A stretch of DNA of 64,000 nucleotides from an uncultured Synechococcaceae cyanobacterium (GCA_902634405.1 CACPJY010000006.1:10852-74851); one strand, 5' to 3'; positions 29,698 to 39,248 are shown, numbered from the stretch's first letter. The notes: generated by a model not told the origin, from the letters alone. A program made the numbers and translations.

Positions 29698-30873
29698 CTA
29701 GTAAACATCAGCTAAATGTACGAACCAATCAATGTACTCCTTGGGCCCTCCTGAAAAGACATAATTAAATTGTAGTAAGTCATTTTTATCACTAACACCT
29801 GTCAAGTTGTCTTTAGATACATCTGGCCTATTTACTTCTCCACCACTACTATTAACTAAAAGTACTTTATTATCTCGATTATATAGTTTGCCAATCTCTT
29901 GAATGAGTGTTAGGAAACCACGATCGCTACCTCCTCTCTGATATAAGCCTGTCACATTATCTTTTGTTGATGTAACAGTGTCTCCTACTCCAATTATTAT
30001 TGGCATACTATCTAAGGGGATCTTGTCTTTTATAAGTTCTAAGATTTTTGGTATCGATTTTGGTGCAGCTCTAGCTGTAAACGAGGAACCTAAGGGACTA
30101 ACTCCTGTTAATGATTCTATGTATTTGTTTAATATTGTTAGTACCCCTGCTTCCTTTATGGCACCCTTAACTAGTAATTGAATATCTGTTGTACCTATCT
30201 CCGTGTCCGTTGAAATTTTTGTTAACTCTATACCATTGACCTCACCTAAATTGGGTGCTTTGTGTAGAAAAAATGAATCACTTAATCCAATATTGCTTGC
30301 TTCAAATAAGATTACATCCATTACACTTTCTGCAGTCTTCTGTAACCTAACTTTCGTATCAGTATCCCTTCCCAATATTTCAAAGAGATAATTAAGGTTG
30401 ATTGTTGGTGATAACTTGTTGTCGAGTATTGATTTCTTAACTAGAATATCTATATCGGTTTTGCATATTTCTTCAAAATCAGATATGAGCCTTTTATTTA
30501 ATTCAAACTTCATAATACCTGGTACTGAATTTAAAAACTTATGTTCAGTATCTTTTATGCCACTATATTGGAGATTTCCAAAGCAGTCTTGATATTCTAT
30601 TCCTCCTGCAGCTAATCCGGGTAGATATAACCCAGTTTTTCCTGGGTTTTCATTCTGGAGAATAGCTTTTTCTACCAAACTGTTGACACCTCTTGCTCCA
30701 CCATGTTCACCATTTGTAAGAACAAAGAGGTGACCTCCAAGTTTTTTAGCTGCCATAATATAGTTTTTATCTAATATTCTGGTGAGGGGATCTTTCACAA
30801 GGGGTATACAGACCCCATCTAGGTCTTGTATTATAATGAAGTTTTGTTGTAAGAAGCTTTGGTCAAAAATCAT
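29698..30873 (-). CDS. HAD-like phosphatase resembling glucosylglycerol-3-phosphate phosphatase (StpA/GgpP family)
   Basis: The N-terminal IIQDLDGVCIPLVKDPLTR...VLTNGEHGGARGV matches my memory of StpA. At 391 aa the length fits that family. It sits 54 nt upstream of arsS on the same strand. Confidence 0.55.
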   Translation of the reverse strand: MIFDQSFLQQNFIIIQDLDGVCIPLVKDPLTRILDKNYIMAAKKLGGHLFVLTNGEHGGARGVNSLVEKAILQNENPGKTGLYLPGLAAGGIEYQDCFGNLQYSGIKDTEHKFLNSVPGIMKFELNKRLISDFEEICKTDIDILVKKSILDNKLSPTINLNYLFEILGRDTDTKVRLQKTAESVMDVILFEASNIGLSDSFFLHKAPNLGEVNGIELTKISTDTEIGTTDIQLLVKGAIKEAGVLTILNKYIESLTGVSPLGSSFTARAAPKSIPKILELIKDKIPLDSMPIIIGVGDTVTSTKDNVTGLYQRGGSDRGFLTLIQEIGKLYNRDNKVLLVNSSGGEVNRPDVSKDNLTGVSDKNDLLQFNYVFSGGPKEYIDWFVHLADVY

Positions 30874-30998
30874 GTCAATCTTTATTCTTTTTGTTTAGGA
30901 TTAATTAATTTAATTATAAATACGCTTTAGCTAGTTCTATATTTTTTTACAAAAAACAAACTTTGTAGCATAGAGTTTCTCATTATTAGATCCTTTTA

Positions 30999-32558
30999 TT
31001 GCAAAAAAATAATTTATTTGCTACAATGATAAAAAGTAGATTTATAATGAGAAATAATTTTTTTTCAGATGATTTTAACAATATTGAGATCACTAATAGG
31101 ATATCTCAGATTGAAAATGGTCGAGTTGGTTTTTACAGTATTGGGCTCTATCCAGCTTCGCTAGCCTATAACTGCGCTATGCAGGGCGACAAGGATCGAT
31201 TACTCCTCGCTCCTAGAAAAGGAAGGGACATTTTTGGCGCTTTTTCACCCTCTGTATTGAAAGGAATGGATCAAGCTCATATGTCAACATTAGTTAATAT
31301 GAGTACCCATATTAACAACAATGAAATAATAACTAATTCTTTAGAATATTTAATACTCAATACCGAATTGTTAGTACTAAGTTCTAATAGTAATCATATT
31401 CAGAGAGACCTTGAAGAAGCTATATCCTTGCGAAGTCAGCTCAGAAGAGAAAATGTTCTCATAACAGTTTTATCTGGCTCATTTAATTTTGATCGAGAAT
31501 CTAATCAGGCTTTTCTTCTTACTGAAAAATCCACCGACCTAGCATTCTTCTCAGGTTTTCACAGACACGGCGCTTTACGTAGTCCTCTAGATAGCTTTAC
31601 AGCAAACTTTTGTCACCCAGATAGCCTCACAGCATTATTCGGAGCCCGACTTCTTGATAAATTATCTCCAAATATACAAGTATCTCCAGGCCTTCATAAT
31701 CTAGAAGCCCAATACATAAAAGCTGCGAAAAATATTTCTTCTATATTCTCAGGATTTGCCTATTCATACCATGCTAATAATACTGGACTTTTACCTACAA
31801 TATTTACATTACTTTCTAGCCAGTGTCTAGATCAAGCAGCCACAGTTTCTAATTTTAGGACAAACTATAATGATATTTATAGGGACCAATTAATACCATT
31901 GACTGATTTAGGTTATGGAGTTACCAAAATCCAAGCTTCGCTTTTTAAGAAAGGAAATAATAACACTTTTAGAGACCATACTTTTTCTCAGTTAACCGCT
32001 ATTGTAGCTGATTTAAATGGAAGTATGCTGCCGCCTCTTATTGGTGTGCCCACTAGAAATTTTCAAGCTGGTCAAGTGTTAGCTCATTCGATGAAGTCAT
32101 TCAATAGGTTACCTTCTTCAGAATCAGAGTTTTACCAATGGTGTGACGAATCTAATCTATCTAGAGGTAGTCTTGAAGGATTAAAATCATTAGAATATTG
32201 GCCGCAGATTATCAAAAGGTATTCGCTGCCTCTCCATGATTGCTCCCTGGTAAATCTTCTTTATATGTCTGTTTATGGTCCTTCAGACCTTAAAGACTTA
32301 ATGTTTAGTGTACTAACCCAAAGTAGAGAACTTGCTAATTATTGTCAGGAATCTGTGCGACCTAGCCATAGTCGAACAATTACTGACCTCTTATCCAACA
32401 TATCTGATCCAATAGTACTTCGAACCATTGTTGATAAAATTAAATTACCAGATTTCGACAAAGAAGATCAGCCTTCCTTATCTAAGGATATCATTAGTTC
32501 CACTACTAACTCTACCTATATTCGAGCTATGAATTTCATAGAGGATTATCTCTCTTAA
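30999..32558 (+). CDS. hypothetical protein (orphan, 519 aa)
   Basis: Long uninterrupted ORF, divergent from the stpA-like/arsS pair and 25 nt upstream of the kinase gene. Alternative ATG starts lie at 31026 and 31047. No family motif recognised. Confidence 0.65.
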   Translation: MQKNNLFATMIKSRFIMRNNFFSDDFNNIEITNRISQIENGRVGFYSIGLYPASLAYNCAMQGDKDRLLLAPRKGRDIFGAFSPSVLKGMDQAHMSTLVNMSTHINNNEIITNSLEYLILNTELLVLSSNSNHIQRDLEEAISLRSQLRRENVLITVLSGSFNFDRESNQAFLLTEKSTDLAFFSGFHRHGALRSPLDSFTANFCHPDSLTALFGARLLDKLSPNIQVSPGLHNLEAQYIKAAKNISSIFSGFAYSYHANNTGLLPTIFTLLSSQCLDQAATVSNFRTNYNDIYRDQLIPLTDLGYGVTKIQASLFKKGNNNTFRDHTFSQLTAIVADLNGSMLPPLIGVPTRNFQAGQVLAHSMKSFNRLPSSESEFYQWCDESNLSRGSLEGLKSLEYWPQIIKRYSLPLHDCSLVNLLYMSVYGPSDLKDLMFSVLTQSRELANYCQESVRPSHSRTITDLLSNISDPIVLRTIVDKIKLPDFDKEDQPSLSKDIISSTTNSTYIRAMNFIEDYLS

Positions 32559-32583
32559 TTCTTTAATCTACAGGTCATATATA

Positions 32584-33717
32584 TTGCAATATCTCCATAG
32601 TGATACAGATAAAGTTGTATATGAAGCAACCTCATGTTTTGTTCCACTGTCCGATGTAAACCATATTAGTATTCTAAAAGGTGGTAACATCCATAACACC
32701 TATATTATATTCTTAACAAAAGCAAGTAAGCATAAACCTATTGTCTTGCAGAGAATTAACACTGAGGTTTTTGATAAACCATCTAATATTATCTACAATA
32801 TAAGGCAGCTTGAGTCTTTTATCCTTAATAACAATATTAGCATGAGTCTTAGAGACTCTGTTTCCCTTACATTACCTAAACTAGTACCTACCTTGGCAGA
32901 TAACAATAAATATCTTCTTCGTAATGATAGTGGTTATTGGAAGGCTATGACCTTCATAGATAATAGTTATTCTCTTTCTTCTATTTCTAATAGTATTCAG
33001 ATTACTAATCTATCTCGTGCACTATCTGTCTTTCATAAAACATTCAATGCATTTGAACCTGACAATTTGAAGAATTCAATAAATGGCTTTCACGATATAT
33101 TATACTATCTACGTATGTTTGACACTTATCGCAATAGCTATTTTCGTAGATATTCTCCACTCACCAGTGTTAAGACCTTACTTTTTACTATTAATCGATA
33201 TCGGCAAAAAGTCCTTCATATATCTAACTCGTTAAAATCTTCACGACTAACATACTCTCTGATACATGGAGATCCTAAATACTCTAACTTCTTATTTGAT
33301 AAAAATTCTCATAATGTCCGATCTATTGTAGATTTAGATACCCTTATGTACGGTCCCATTCTGCTCGATATATCAGATTTTATTAGGTCAAACTGTAATA
33401 ATGTGCACGAAGATACTCTTCAAACTGCAGAATCCGAGTTAAACATCGATCTTTTTAAGACTGCTATTCAAGCTTATTATTCAGAAAATAACGACCTTCT
33501 TAATTCCCATGATTGGAGTTTATTACCTGACGTTATATTTCTTGTTTCATTCGAATTGGCCATACGTTTTATAACTGATTACTTTTCTGGTAATAAATAT
33601 TTTCAAATAGACCATCCTTCTCGAAATATCACGAGAGCCCAGGTTCAGATAAACTTCTGTAATAGTATTGTTGACCAACAATTGGCCCTAAGACAATATA
33701 TCCAGGATTTTATTTGA
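32584..33717 (+). CDS. APH/choline-kinase-fold phosphotransferase, anomeric sugar kinase-like
   Basis: Catalytic loop LIHGDPKYSNFLFD (H-x-D-x-K-x-x-N), Mg-binding IVDLDT, and N-terminal VLQRINTEVF, which resembles NahK/MdsC-type kinases. Confidence 0.7.
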   Translation: MQYLHSDTDKVVYEATSCFVPLSDVNHISILKGGNIHNTYIIFLTKASKHKPIVLQRINTEVFDKPSNIIYNIRQLESFILNNNISMSLRDSVSLTLPKLVPTLADNNKYLLRNDSGYWKAMTFIDNSYSLSSISNSIQITNLSRALSVFHKTFNAFEPDNLKNSINGFHDILYYLRMFDTYRNSYFRRYSPLTSVKTLLFTINRYRQKVLHISNSLKSSRLTYSLIHGDPKYSNFLFDKNSHNVRSIVDLDTLMYGPILLDISDFIRSNCNNVHEDTLQTAESELNIDLFKTAIQAYYSENNDLLNSHDWSLLPDVIFLVSFELAIRFITDYFSGNKYFQIDHPSRNITRAQVQINFCNSIVDQQLALRQYIQDFI

Positions 33718-33802
33718 ATACAACAGATTTGATATATCTACTGTTTTATTAATCGTAGAAAGATGTACTATAATGTTCTTACCATAAACTGTTTCTCTAG
33801 CA

Positions 33803-34114
33803 ATGAGTGATTTGTTCCTTTTAAAATTTAGCTCTGAAGACTGTGGTACCTGTCATAGGATGAGTCATTATGATTCAGCGATATGTAACGAGATGGATGT
33901 TACTCTTATTACTGTTATGCTTCAGGATGTTCAAACCTATAGAAAATACAGATCAATCTTGCTTTCTAAGTACCCCAGTAAGGAAGGTATGGGATGGCCT
34001 ACATACCTTTTGGTCACAGAACCCGATGGAGAGTATTCTATTTTAGGGGAAATAAAAGGAGGTATGCCGAAGGGAGAATTTCGGAACAAACTTTCTAACC
34101 TTATAACTGCGTAA
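33803..34114 (+). CDS. small thioredoxin-fold protein with a CxxC motif
   Basis: CGTC follows a beta-strand (LLKFSSEDCGTCHRM), with a downstream WPTYLLV (a cis-Pro-like position). 103 aa. Confidence 0.55.
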   Translation: MSDLFLLKFSSEDCGTCHRMSHYDSAICNEMDVTLITVMLQDVQTYRKYRSILLSKYPSKEGMGWPTYLLVTEPDGEYSILGEIKGGMPKGEFRNKLSNLITA

Positions 34115-34137
34115 AATGATACTAATTCTACATCTTT

Positions 34138-37100
34138 CTATTTAACAATTTTATCTGACATTGTTTTCAACCATTCTATTAGTTGTGATATTTGTTGTTC
34201 ATTAGTAACACTGCCTAACCCTCGGACAATAATCTGGGCATTATAATTGTCATTCTTTTTATATATAAACCTGCTATGAATATGATCTGGTAATGCCTTC
34301 CTGATTTGCCTAAAGGCAATTTCGTCCATGGGTGTAACCATTTTTATATTATTTCCATCAGGACTTATTCTTGATATGGCACATGCTTTAGCGACGAGTT
34401 TTAATTCCATCAGATCTAGCAGAGTATTTACCGATTTTGGTAGTAAGCCATACCTATCATTCCATTGGCTTGCAAGGTCAATAAGTTCTCCTTTCGAGGT
34501 ACATTGTGAAGCGTCTCGGTATGCAGATATCTTTAGCTCATTTTCTTGAATCCAATCTGACGGTATGAACGCTGGTATTGATAGATCAATTTGTGTATCT
34601 TCAACTACAGGAATTTCCTGACCTTGTATTTCAGCTAAGCATTCTTGCAGCATTTCCATATACAAGTCAAATCCTATCGTTTCCATTTGTCCACTTTGTT
34701 GAACTCCTAAGAGGTTTCCTACACCTCTAATTTCCATGTCTCTTGTCGCTAAATGATAACCACTCCCTAATTGAGAGAACTCTTGAATTGCTCTCAACCT
34801 TTGCCTTGCTTTTTCACTTAGTGATTCATTACCAGGGAAGAATAACCAGGCATGTGCTTGTATTCCGCTCCGACCAACTCTTCCACGCAATTGATAAAGT
34901 TGTGATAACCCAAACATATGTGAATCTTCAATTAAAATTGTATTTACCCTTGGTATATCTAAACCGCTTTCGATGATAGTTGTACATAGCATTATATCAG
35001 CTTCACCAGAATTAAATGCTATCATAGAGCTTTCTAGGTCTCCTTCTAACATCTGTCCGTGAGCAGTAATTATTTTCATCTGAGGGAGCATCTCTTTCAA
35101 TTTAACTTCAACTCCCTCAATTCCCTCTATCTTTGGCACCACGTAAAATACCTGACCGCCTCTGTCAATTTCTTGTACGATTGCACTCCTTACTGTTTCA
35201 TCATCTATTTGTGCTAAATGAGTCTTAATGGACCTCCGCAATGGCGGCGGGGTATTTATTAAGCTCATTTCTCTTACACCTGAAAGACTCATATACAGAG
35301 TTCTAGGTATAGGAGTAGCAGACAATGTTAATACATCTAGATTAGTTTTAATTGATTTTATCTTTTCTTTTTGGTTTACTCCAAACCGTTGTTCCTCATC
35401 TACTACTAGTAGACCAAGGTTACTATATTTGATTTTTCCACTTAAAAGTTGGTGTGTACCTACCACTGCATCTATAGTCCCCTTTTCAAGTCCATCAATT
35501 ATCTTTTTACGTTCCGTTGTTGTCTTAAATCTATTTAATAGAGAGACTTTAATTGGATACGGTGCAAATCTATCTGTAAGTGTTCTCCAGTGTTGTTGAG
35601 CGAGGATCGTTGTTGGTGCTAAGAATACAGTCTGTTTACCTGATGTTATCGCCTTAAATATTGCTCTAATAGCTACTTCTGTTTTTCCAAAACCAACGTC
35701 TCCACATACTAATCTATCCATTGGTTGGGTTTTTTCCATATCATTTTTTACTTCCTTTACTGCTTTTAGTTGATCTGGCGTAGGATCGAATGGAAAGGAA
35801 TCCTCTAACTCCTGTTGCCAAGGACCATCAGCAGGGAATGAAAATCCGCTAATCTTTGAACGTTCTGCATATAGTTTTAGTAAGTCAGCTGCAATCTTCT
35901 TAATAGCCTTTTTGGCCTTTTGCTTTGTGGAATTCCATGTTGTTCCACCCATTTTATTTAAGTTAGGTTTATCGCCAGAATTAGCTCGGTATCTGTTAAG
36001 TGAACCTAGTTGATCAGCCGCTACACTAAGTTTTCCGTCTAAGTACTGTATTACAAGATAATCTCTAAATTGTCCCGTAATAGAGATTTTATCCATTTTA
36101 ATAAATTTACCTATCCCATGACTTTTATGTACTACATAGTCTCCTGGTACCATTTTATTAGGGTCTACAGTTTTGGATGTAGAAGCTCTACGGCGCCTTA
36201 TATAACCTGTTCTAATAAATGAACTCTGACCGTAAAATTCGCGATCTGTAAGTATGTTTATTTTCCAAGCAGGGAGACAAAGTCCTTCGAGTTCAGTGTC
36301 AGATCTTAACTTAAGTACGATTGGAATATTATCTGACAAATAGTAGTCAATTGACTGTAAATCTAGATTATTTGGTATGAATTTAGATAAACATTCATGT
36401 TCCTCCAATAGAGCTACACATCTACTAGGTTGAGCTGAAAGAATCCATAATGATGCTTTTGTACTTTGTATAGTTTTAATCTCAGTTGCGATCCGACCAA
36501 ATTGATTTGGATGTAACGGAGCTGGTCTGCTTGCTATATCAAAATTATTTGTAGTGTTATTTATCATGGATAACTCGTCGAGATCAAATCCTTTCTGTTG
36601 ATCTATCTTCTCAAGTATGATTTCGATGTCTGTATGCAATGTTGGTGGTACATTGGTAATATTGGAAGATATACATGTTTCTCTATAGTCCTCATAGTTA
36701 GTTTTTATATGCTTAATCCACTCGTTCGCATGTGCAATAACCTGACTTCTATTGTCTACTACTATCTGACACTCTGTTGGTAAATAATCTAGAATAGTAT
36801 TTGGGTAATCCCATGCTAGGCCTATATATCTACGCATTCCTTCCGGAATTGAACCTGAACCTATCTTGTCAATATCATCTGCACTGAAATACAAGTTATG
36901 ATTAATATCAGTATTACTTGCTATCTTTTCTAATATCATATTTGAAAAGTCTGTTGGTGTTATACAGATCTTGTTTATTGAGTGTGTTGTTCTTTGAGAT
37001 ATTGGATCAAATTCTCTAAGTTTATCTAGCATATCTCCGAAGAATTCCAGTCTTATTGGTAATTCACTATTTACTGGGTATATGTCTACAATGTCCCCTC

Positions 37101-37638
37101 GTCGGCTCCAAGTGGCCTCCTGAGAAGTAACAGATTCCCTTTTATATCCGATACGTGAAAGCCTAAATGCTATGTCATCTAATTTATATTCATTTCCCTT
37201 CACTAATTGTATGCAGTTTTCTGTTAATACATGACGTGGTGGTAAGTGGGGTTGCAGTGCTCTTTCAGATGTTACTATTGCCAAGTTTGAGTTACCATGA
37301 GTAGATAAAAGGTCACTAAGTACTTGTAATTGCCCCCAAGTTATCTCTGTTGTTTGACCAAATTGATCGTATGGTGATGCTTCTGTTGTTGGGTATAAGT
37401 GAGTAGTTTGCCAACCCATAATGCTAAGTAATGAATACCAGCGCATTGAGTCTTCGAGTGTAGGTGCAACAACTAGAATTGGTTTGTCGCTATATTTAGC
37501 TATAGCTGTAGAAATGAGTGCCCTTGCTGACCTTGTTCCCCCCTTTAGGACAAGCCTTTCTTTTCTCTTTGTTCTTTTGTATAGTTCTTCAGTTAATTGT
37601 GATTTTTTAATGTGACTAACTATTGATGTCAAAGGCAT
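34138..37638 (-). CDS. mfd: transcription-repair coupling factor
   Basis: 1166 aa. UvrB-homology N-terminus, CarD-like domain (GDYVVHKSHGIGKF), SF2 motifs GDVGFGKTEVA / DEEQRFG / SATPIPRT, and QLYQLRGRVGRS. Confidence 0.95.
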   Translation of the reverse strand: MPLTSIVSHIKKSQLTEELYKRTKRKERLVLKGGTRSARALISTAIAKYSDKPILVVAPTLEDSMRWYSLLSIMGWQTTHLYPTTEASPYDQFGQTTEITWGQLQVLSDLLSTHGNSNLAIVTSERALQPHLPPRHVLTENCIQLVKGNEYKLDDIAFRLSRIGYKRESVTSQEATWSRRGDIVDIYPVNSELPIRLEFFGDMLDKLREFDPISQRTTHSINKICITPTDFSNMILEKIASNTDINHNLYFSADDIDKIGSGSIPEGMRRYIGLAWDYPNTILDYLPTECQIVVDNRSQVIAHANEWIKHIKTNYEDYRETCISSNITNVPPTLHTDIEIILEKIDQQKGFDLDELSMINNTTNNFDIASRPAPLHPNQFGRIATEIKTIQSTKASLWILSAQPSRCVALLEEHECLSKFIPNNLDLQSIDYYLSDNIPIVLKLRSDTELEGLCLPAWKINILTDREFYGQSSFIRTGYIRRRRASTSKTVDPNKMVPGDYVVHKSHGIGKFIKMDKISITGQFRDYLVIQYLDGKLSVAADQLGSLNRYRANSGDKPNLNKMGGTTWNSTKQKAKKAIKKIAADLLKLYAERSKISGFSFPADGPWQQELEDSFPFDPTPDQLKAVKEVKNDMEKTQPMDRLVCGDVGFGKTEVAIRAIFKAITSGKQTVFLAPTTILAQQHWRTLTDRFAPYPIKVSLLNRFKTTTERKKIIDGLEKGTIDAVVGTHQLLSGKIKYSNLGLLVVDEEQRFGVNQKEKIKSIKTNLDVLTLSATPIPRTLYMSLSGVREMSLINTPPPLRRSIKTHLAQIDDETVRSAIVQEIDRGGQVFYVVPKIEGIEGVEVKLKEMLPQMKIITAHGQMLEGDLESSMIAFNSGEADIMLCTTIIESGLDIPRVNTILIEDSHMFGLSQLYQLRGRVGRSGIQAHAWLFFPGNESLSEKARQRLRAIQEFSQLGSGYHLATRDMEIRGVGNLLGVQQSGQMETIGFDLYMEMLQECLAEIQGQEIPVVEDTQIDLSIPAFIPSDWIQENELKISAYRDASQCTSKGELIDLASQWNDRYGLLPKSVNTLLDLMELKLVAKACAISRISPDGNNIKMVTPMDEIAFRQIRKALPDHIHSRFIYKKNDNYNAQIIVRGLGSVTNEQQISQLIEWLKTMSDKIVK

Positions 37639-37736
37639 TGTTTTTATGTACTGACGCTTTAACGAATAGTTGTATGGTTATTGTAGCAGTTGAATATGTT
37701 TTTTATCATCTAGTGAACAAAATATTTAATCGAGAA

Positions 37737-38438
37737 CTAATACTCAGATAACTGCTCAGAAAGTTGATCATTAAAACTGATCAACTCAGTGTAGCTTAGT
37801 TGCGTCCTACTTTGCCGATTAAAATTTTTAATTAAAAATTGCCTTGCTTGATCAGAAGACCAGGACAGTTTAGCTATCATTAAATCTCCCTTATCTACTA
37901 AGTTCTCTCTTGTAATTGGTATAGTTGCTGTTTTGGGATCCTGTCTAATAACGAATTGTCTTAGTTGATGTAAATATGATGTAATTTCGTTATAGTTAGT
38001 TAGTCTATTCCTTTGTCCTTTATTAAAAGCTCTTTTAAGGTATATTTCTTCTTGTACTTTAGACCATTCAATCCTTCTAATCTCCTTGTCAATTTCTCCT
38101 AATTCATCACTCCAATCGATAGGTGAGGGATCTTTATCTAAGGTCCTAACATCTTTAATGTGGTCTTGATATTTTAATTTTATTGGTAATTTGTCATTGC
38201 TATTGAATCGATGGGCTTTATTGGGAGGGTTAATTATGGTTGGTTTCTCTTGAAGTGTTGAGTTGCTGGATTCAGAATTGAATCTCTTATTAAGTTTTTC
38301 AATTGCTATTTGTTCTGCTTTATCAACTGTTTCTGCTTGACCCAATGTACTTCCAATGGCTTTGTCATCATCCCTTGCAGTAACTAGGACAATTACTTGG
38401 CTTCCATCTATATGTGACAGACTCGAGAAAAAGCGCAT
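37737..38438 (-). CDS. hypothetical protein
   Basis: 233-aa ORF with a coding-like composition. No motif recognised. Confidence 0.6.
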   Translation of the reverse strand: MRFFSSLSHIDGSQVIVLVTARDDDKAIGSTLGQAETVDKAEQIAIEKLNKRFNSESSNSTLQEKPTIINPPNKAHRFNSNDKLPIKLKYQDHIKDVRTLDKDPSPIDWSDELGEIDKEIRRIEWSKVQEEIYLKRAFNKGQRNRLTNYNEITSYLHQLRQFVIRQDPKTATIPITRENLVDKGDLMIAKLSWSSDQARQFLIKNFNRQSRTQLSYTELISFNDQLSEQLSEY

Positions 38439-38528
38439 GGATTTTATTTACAATGTTTAAAGTCCATTTACTGGTACATCTCAATATTACACCTTAAGCT
38501 TGAATATAGATATTACTAAGGTTTTAAC

Positions 38529-39242
38529 TTGGATTCAGTTTCCGTTAATTCACTATTACCACTGTTTGAAGACGTAGATAAATGGGTTGAAATAGCTCCT
38601 TTACTTCCTGTATTGATTTCTCTTGAGTTGGTATTGTCAGCTGACAATGCAATCGCTTTGGCAGCTATATCAAAGTCTCAGCAAGATGAATCAAGACAAA
38701 AAATGGCCTTGGATTATGGTATTGCTATAGCATTATTTTTACGTATTTTACTTATAATAGCAGCTGAATGGATTCTAAAATATTCAGTATTTAAAATATT
38801 AGCAGCTACGTATTTACTATATATTTTTGTAGATAAGATTTATCTAAGCAAGCTATCTTCCAATTCTATTTTAGATGATAGTCCCACCGCTAAAAGACCA
38901 TTACTTTCTACTATAATTATACTTTCTACCACTGATCTAGCTTTTTCTATAGATAGTGTAGCTACAGCAGTCTCTATTAGCGATCAATATTTGTTAGTAA
39001 TAACTGGAGCTATTATTGGCGTTCTAGCCTTACGATTTACTTCGGGATTATTTATTAGTTGGCTGTCTATATATAAAAATCTTGAGTTGTCTGGTTACAT
39101 TGCAGTAGCCTATGTAGCTATTAAGTTATTATTTAGCTTGGTTTTTCCTTATTTTGACGTACCCAATACATTTACGCTTTTATTTATGATTCTCCTTTTT
39201 ATATGGGGTTTTTCACAAAAGTTTCCTGACCAGTATGTATAG
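38529..39242 (+). CDS. TerC-family integral membrane protein
   Basis: LSLELVLSADNAIALAAI and a second TDLAFSIDSV repeat, both characteristic of TerC/Alx-type proteins. Multi-pass. TTG start. Confidence 0.75.
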   Translation: MDSVSVNSLLPLFEDVDKWVEIAPLLPVLISLELVLSADNAIALAAISKSQQDESRQKMALDYGIAIALFLRILLIIAAEWILKYSVFKILAATYLLYIFVDKIYLSKLSSNSILDDSPTAKRPLLSTIIILSTTDLAFSIDSVATAVSISDQYLLVITGAIIGVLALRFTSGLFISWLSIYKNLELSGYIAVAYVAIKLLFSLVFPYFDVPNTFTLLFMILLFIWGFSQKFPDQYV

Positions 39243-39248
39243 TTTTCT

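Noticed and set aside
30874-30998. Possible Pho box (PyTTAAPyPy[T/A] repeats) in the divergent promoter of the arsS cluster
   Set aside because: Several TTAA cores occur in GGATTAATTAATTTAATTATA, but their spacing is 4 to 9 nt rather than the 11-nt periodicity expected for PhoB sites. In sequence this AT-rich the matches are not meaningful.
21077-34137. The cobQ-to-mfd interval considered as a horizontally acquired genomic island
   Set aside because: I saw no integrase, transposase, flanking tRNA or direct repeats. The interval includes genes expected to be core (crtL, a Fur-family regulator). Composition is not obviously different from the rest of the window by eye. Only the 21.1-22.7 kb gap looks atypical.
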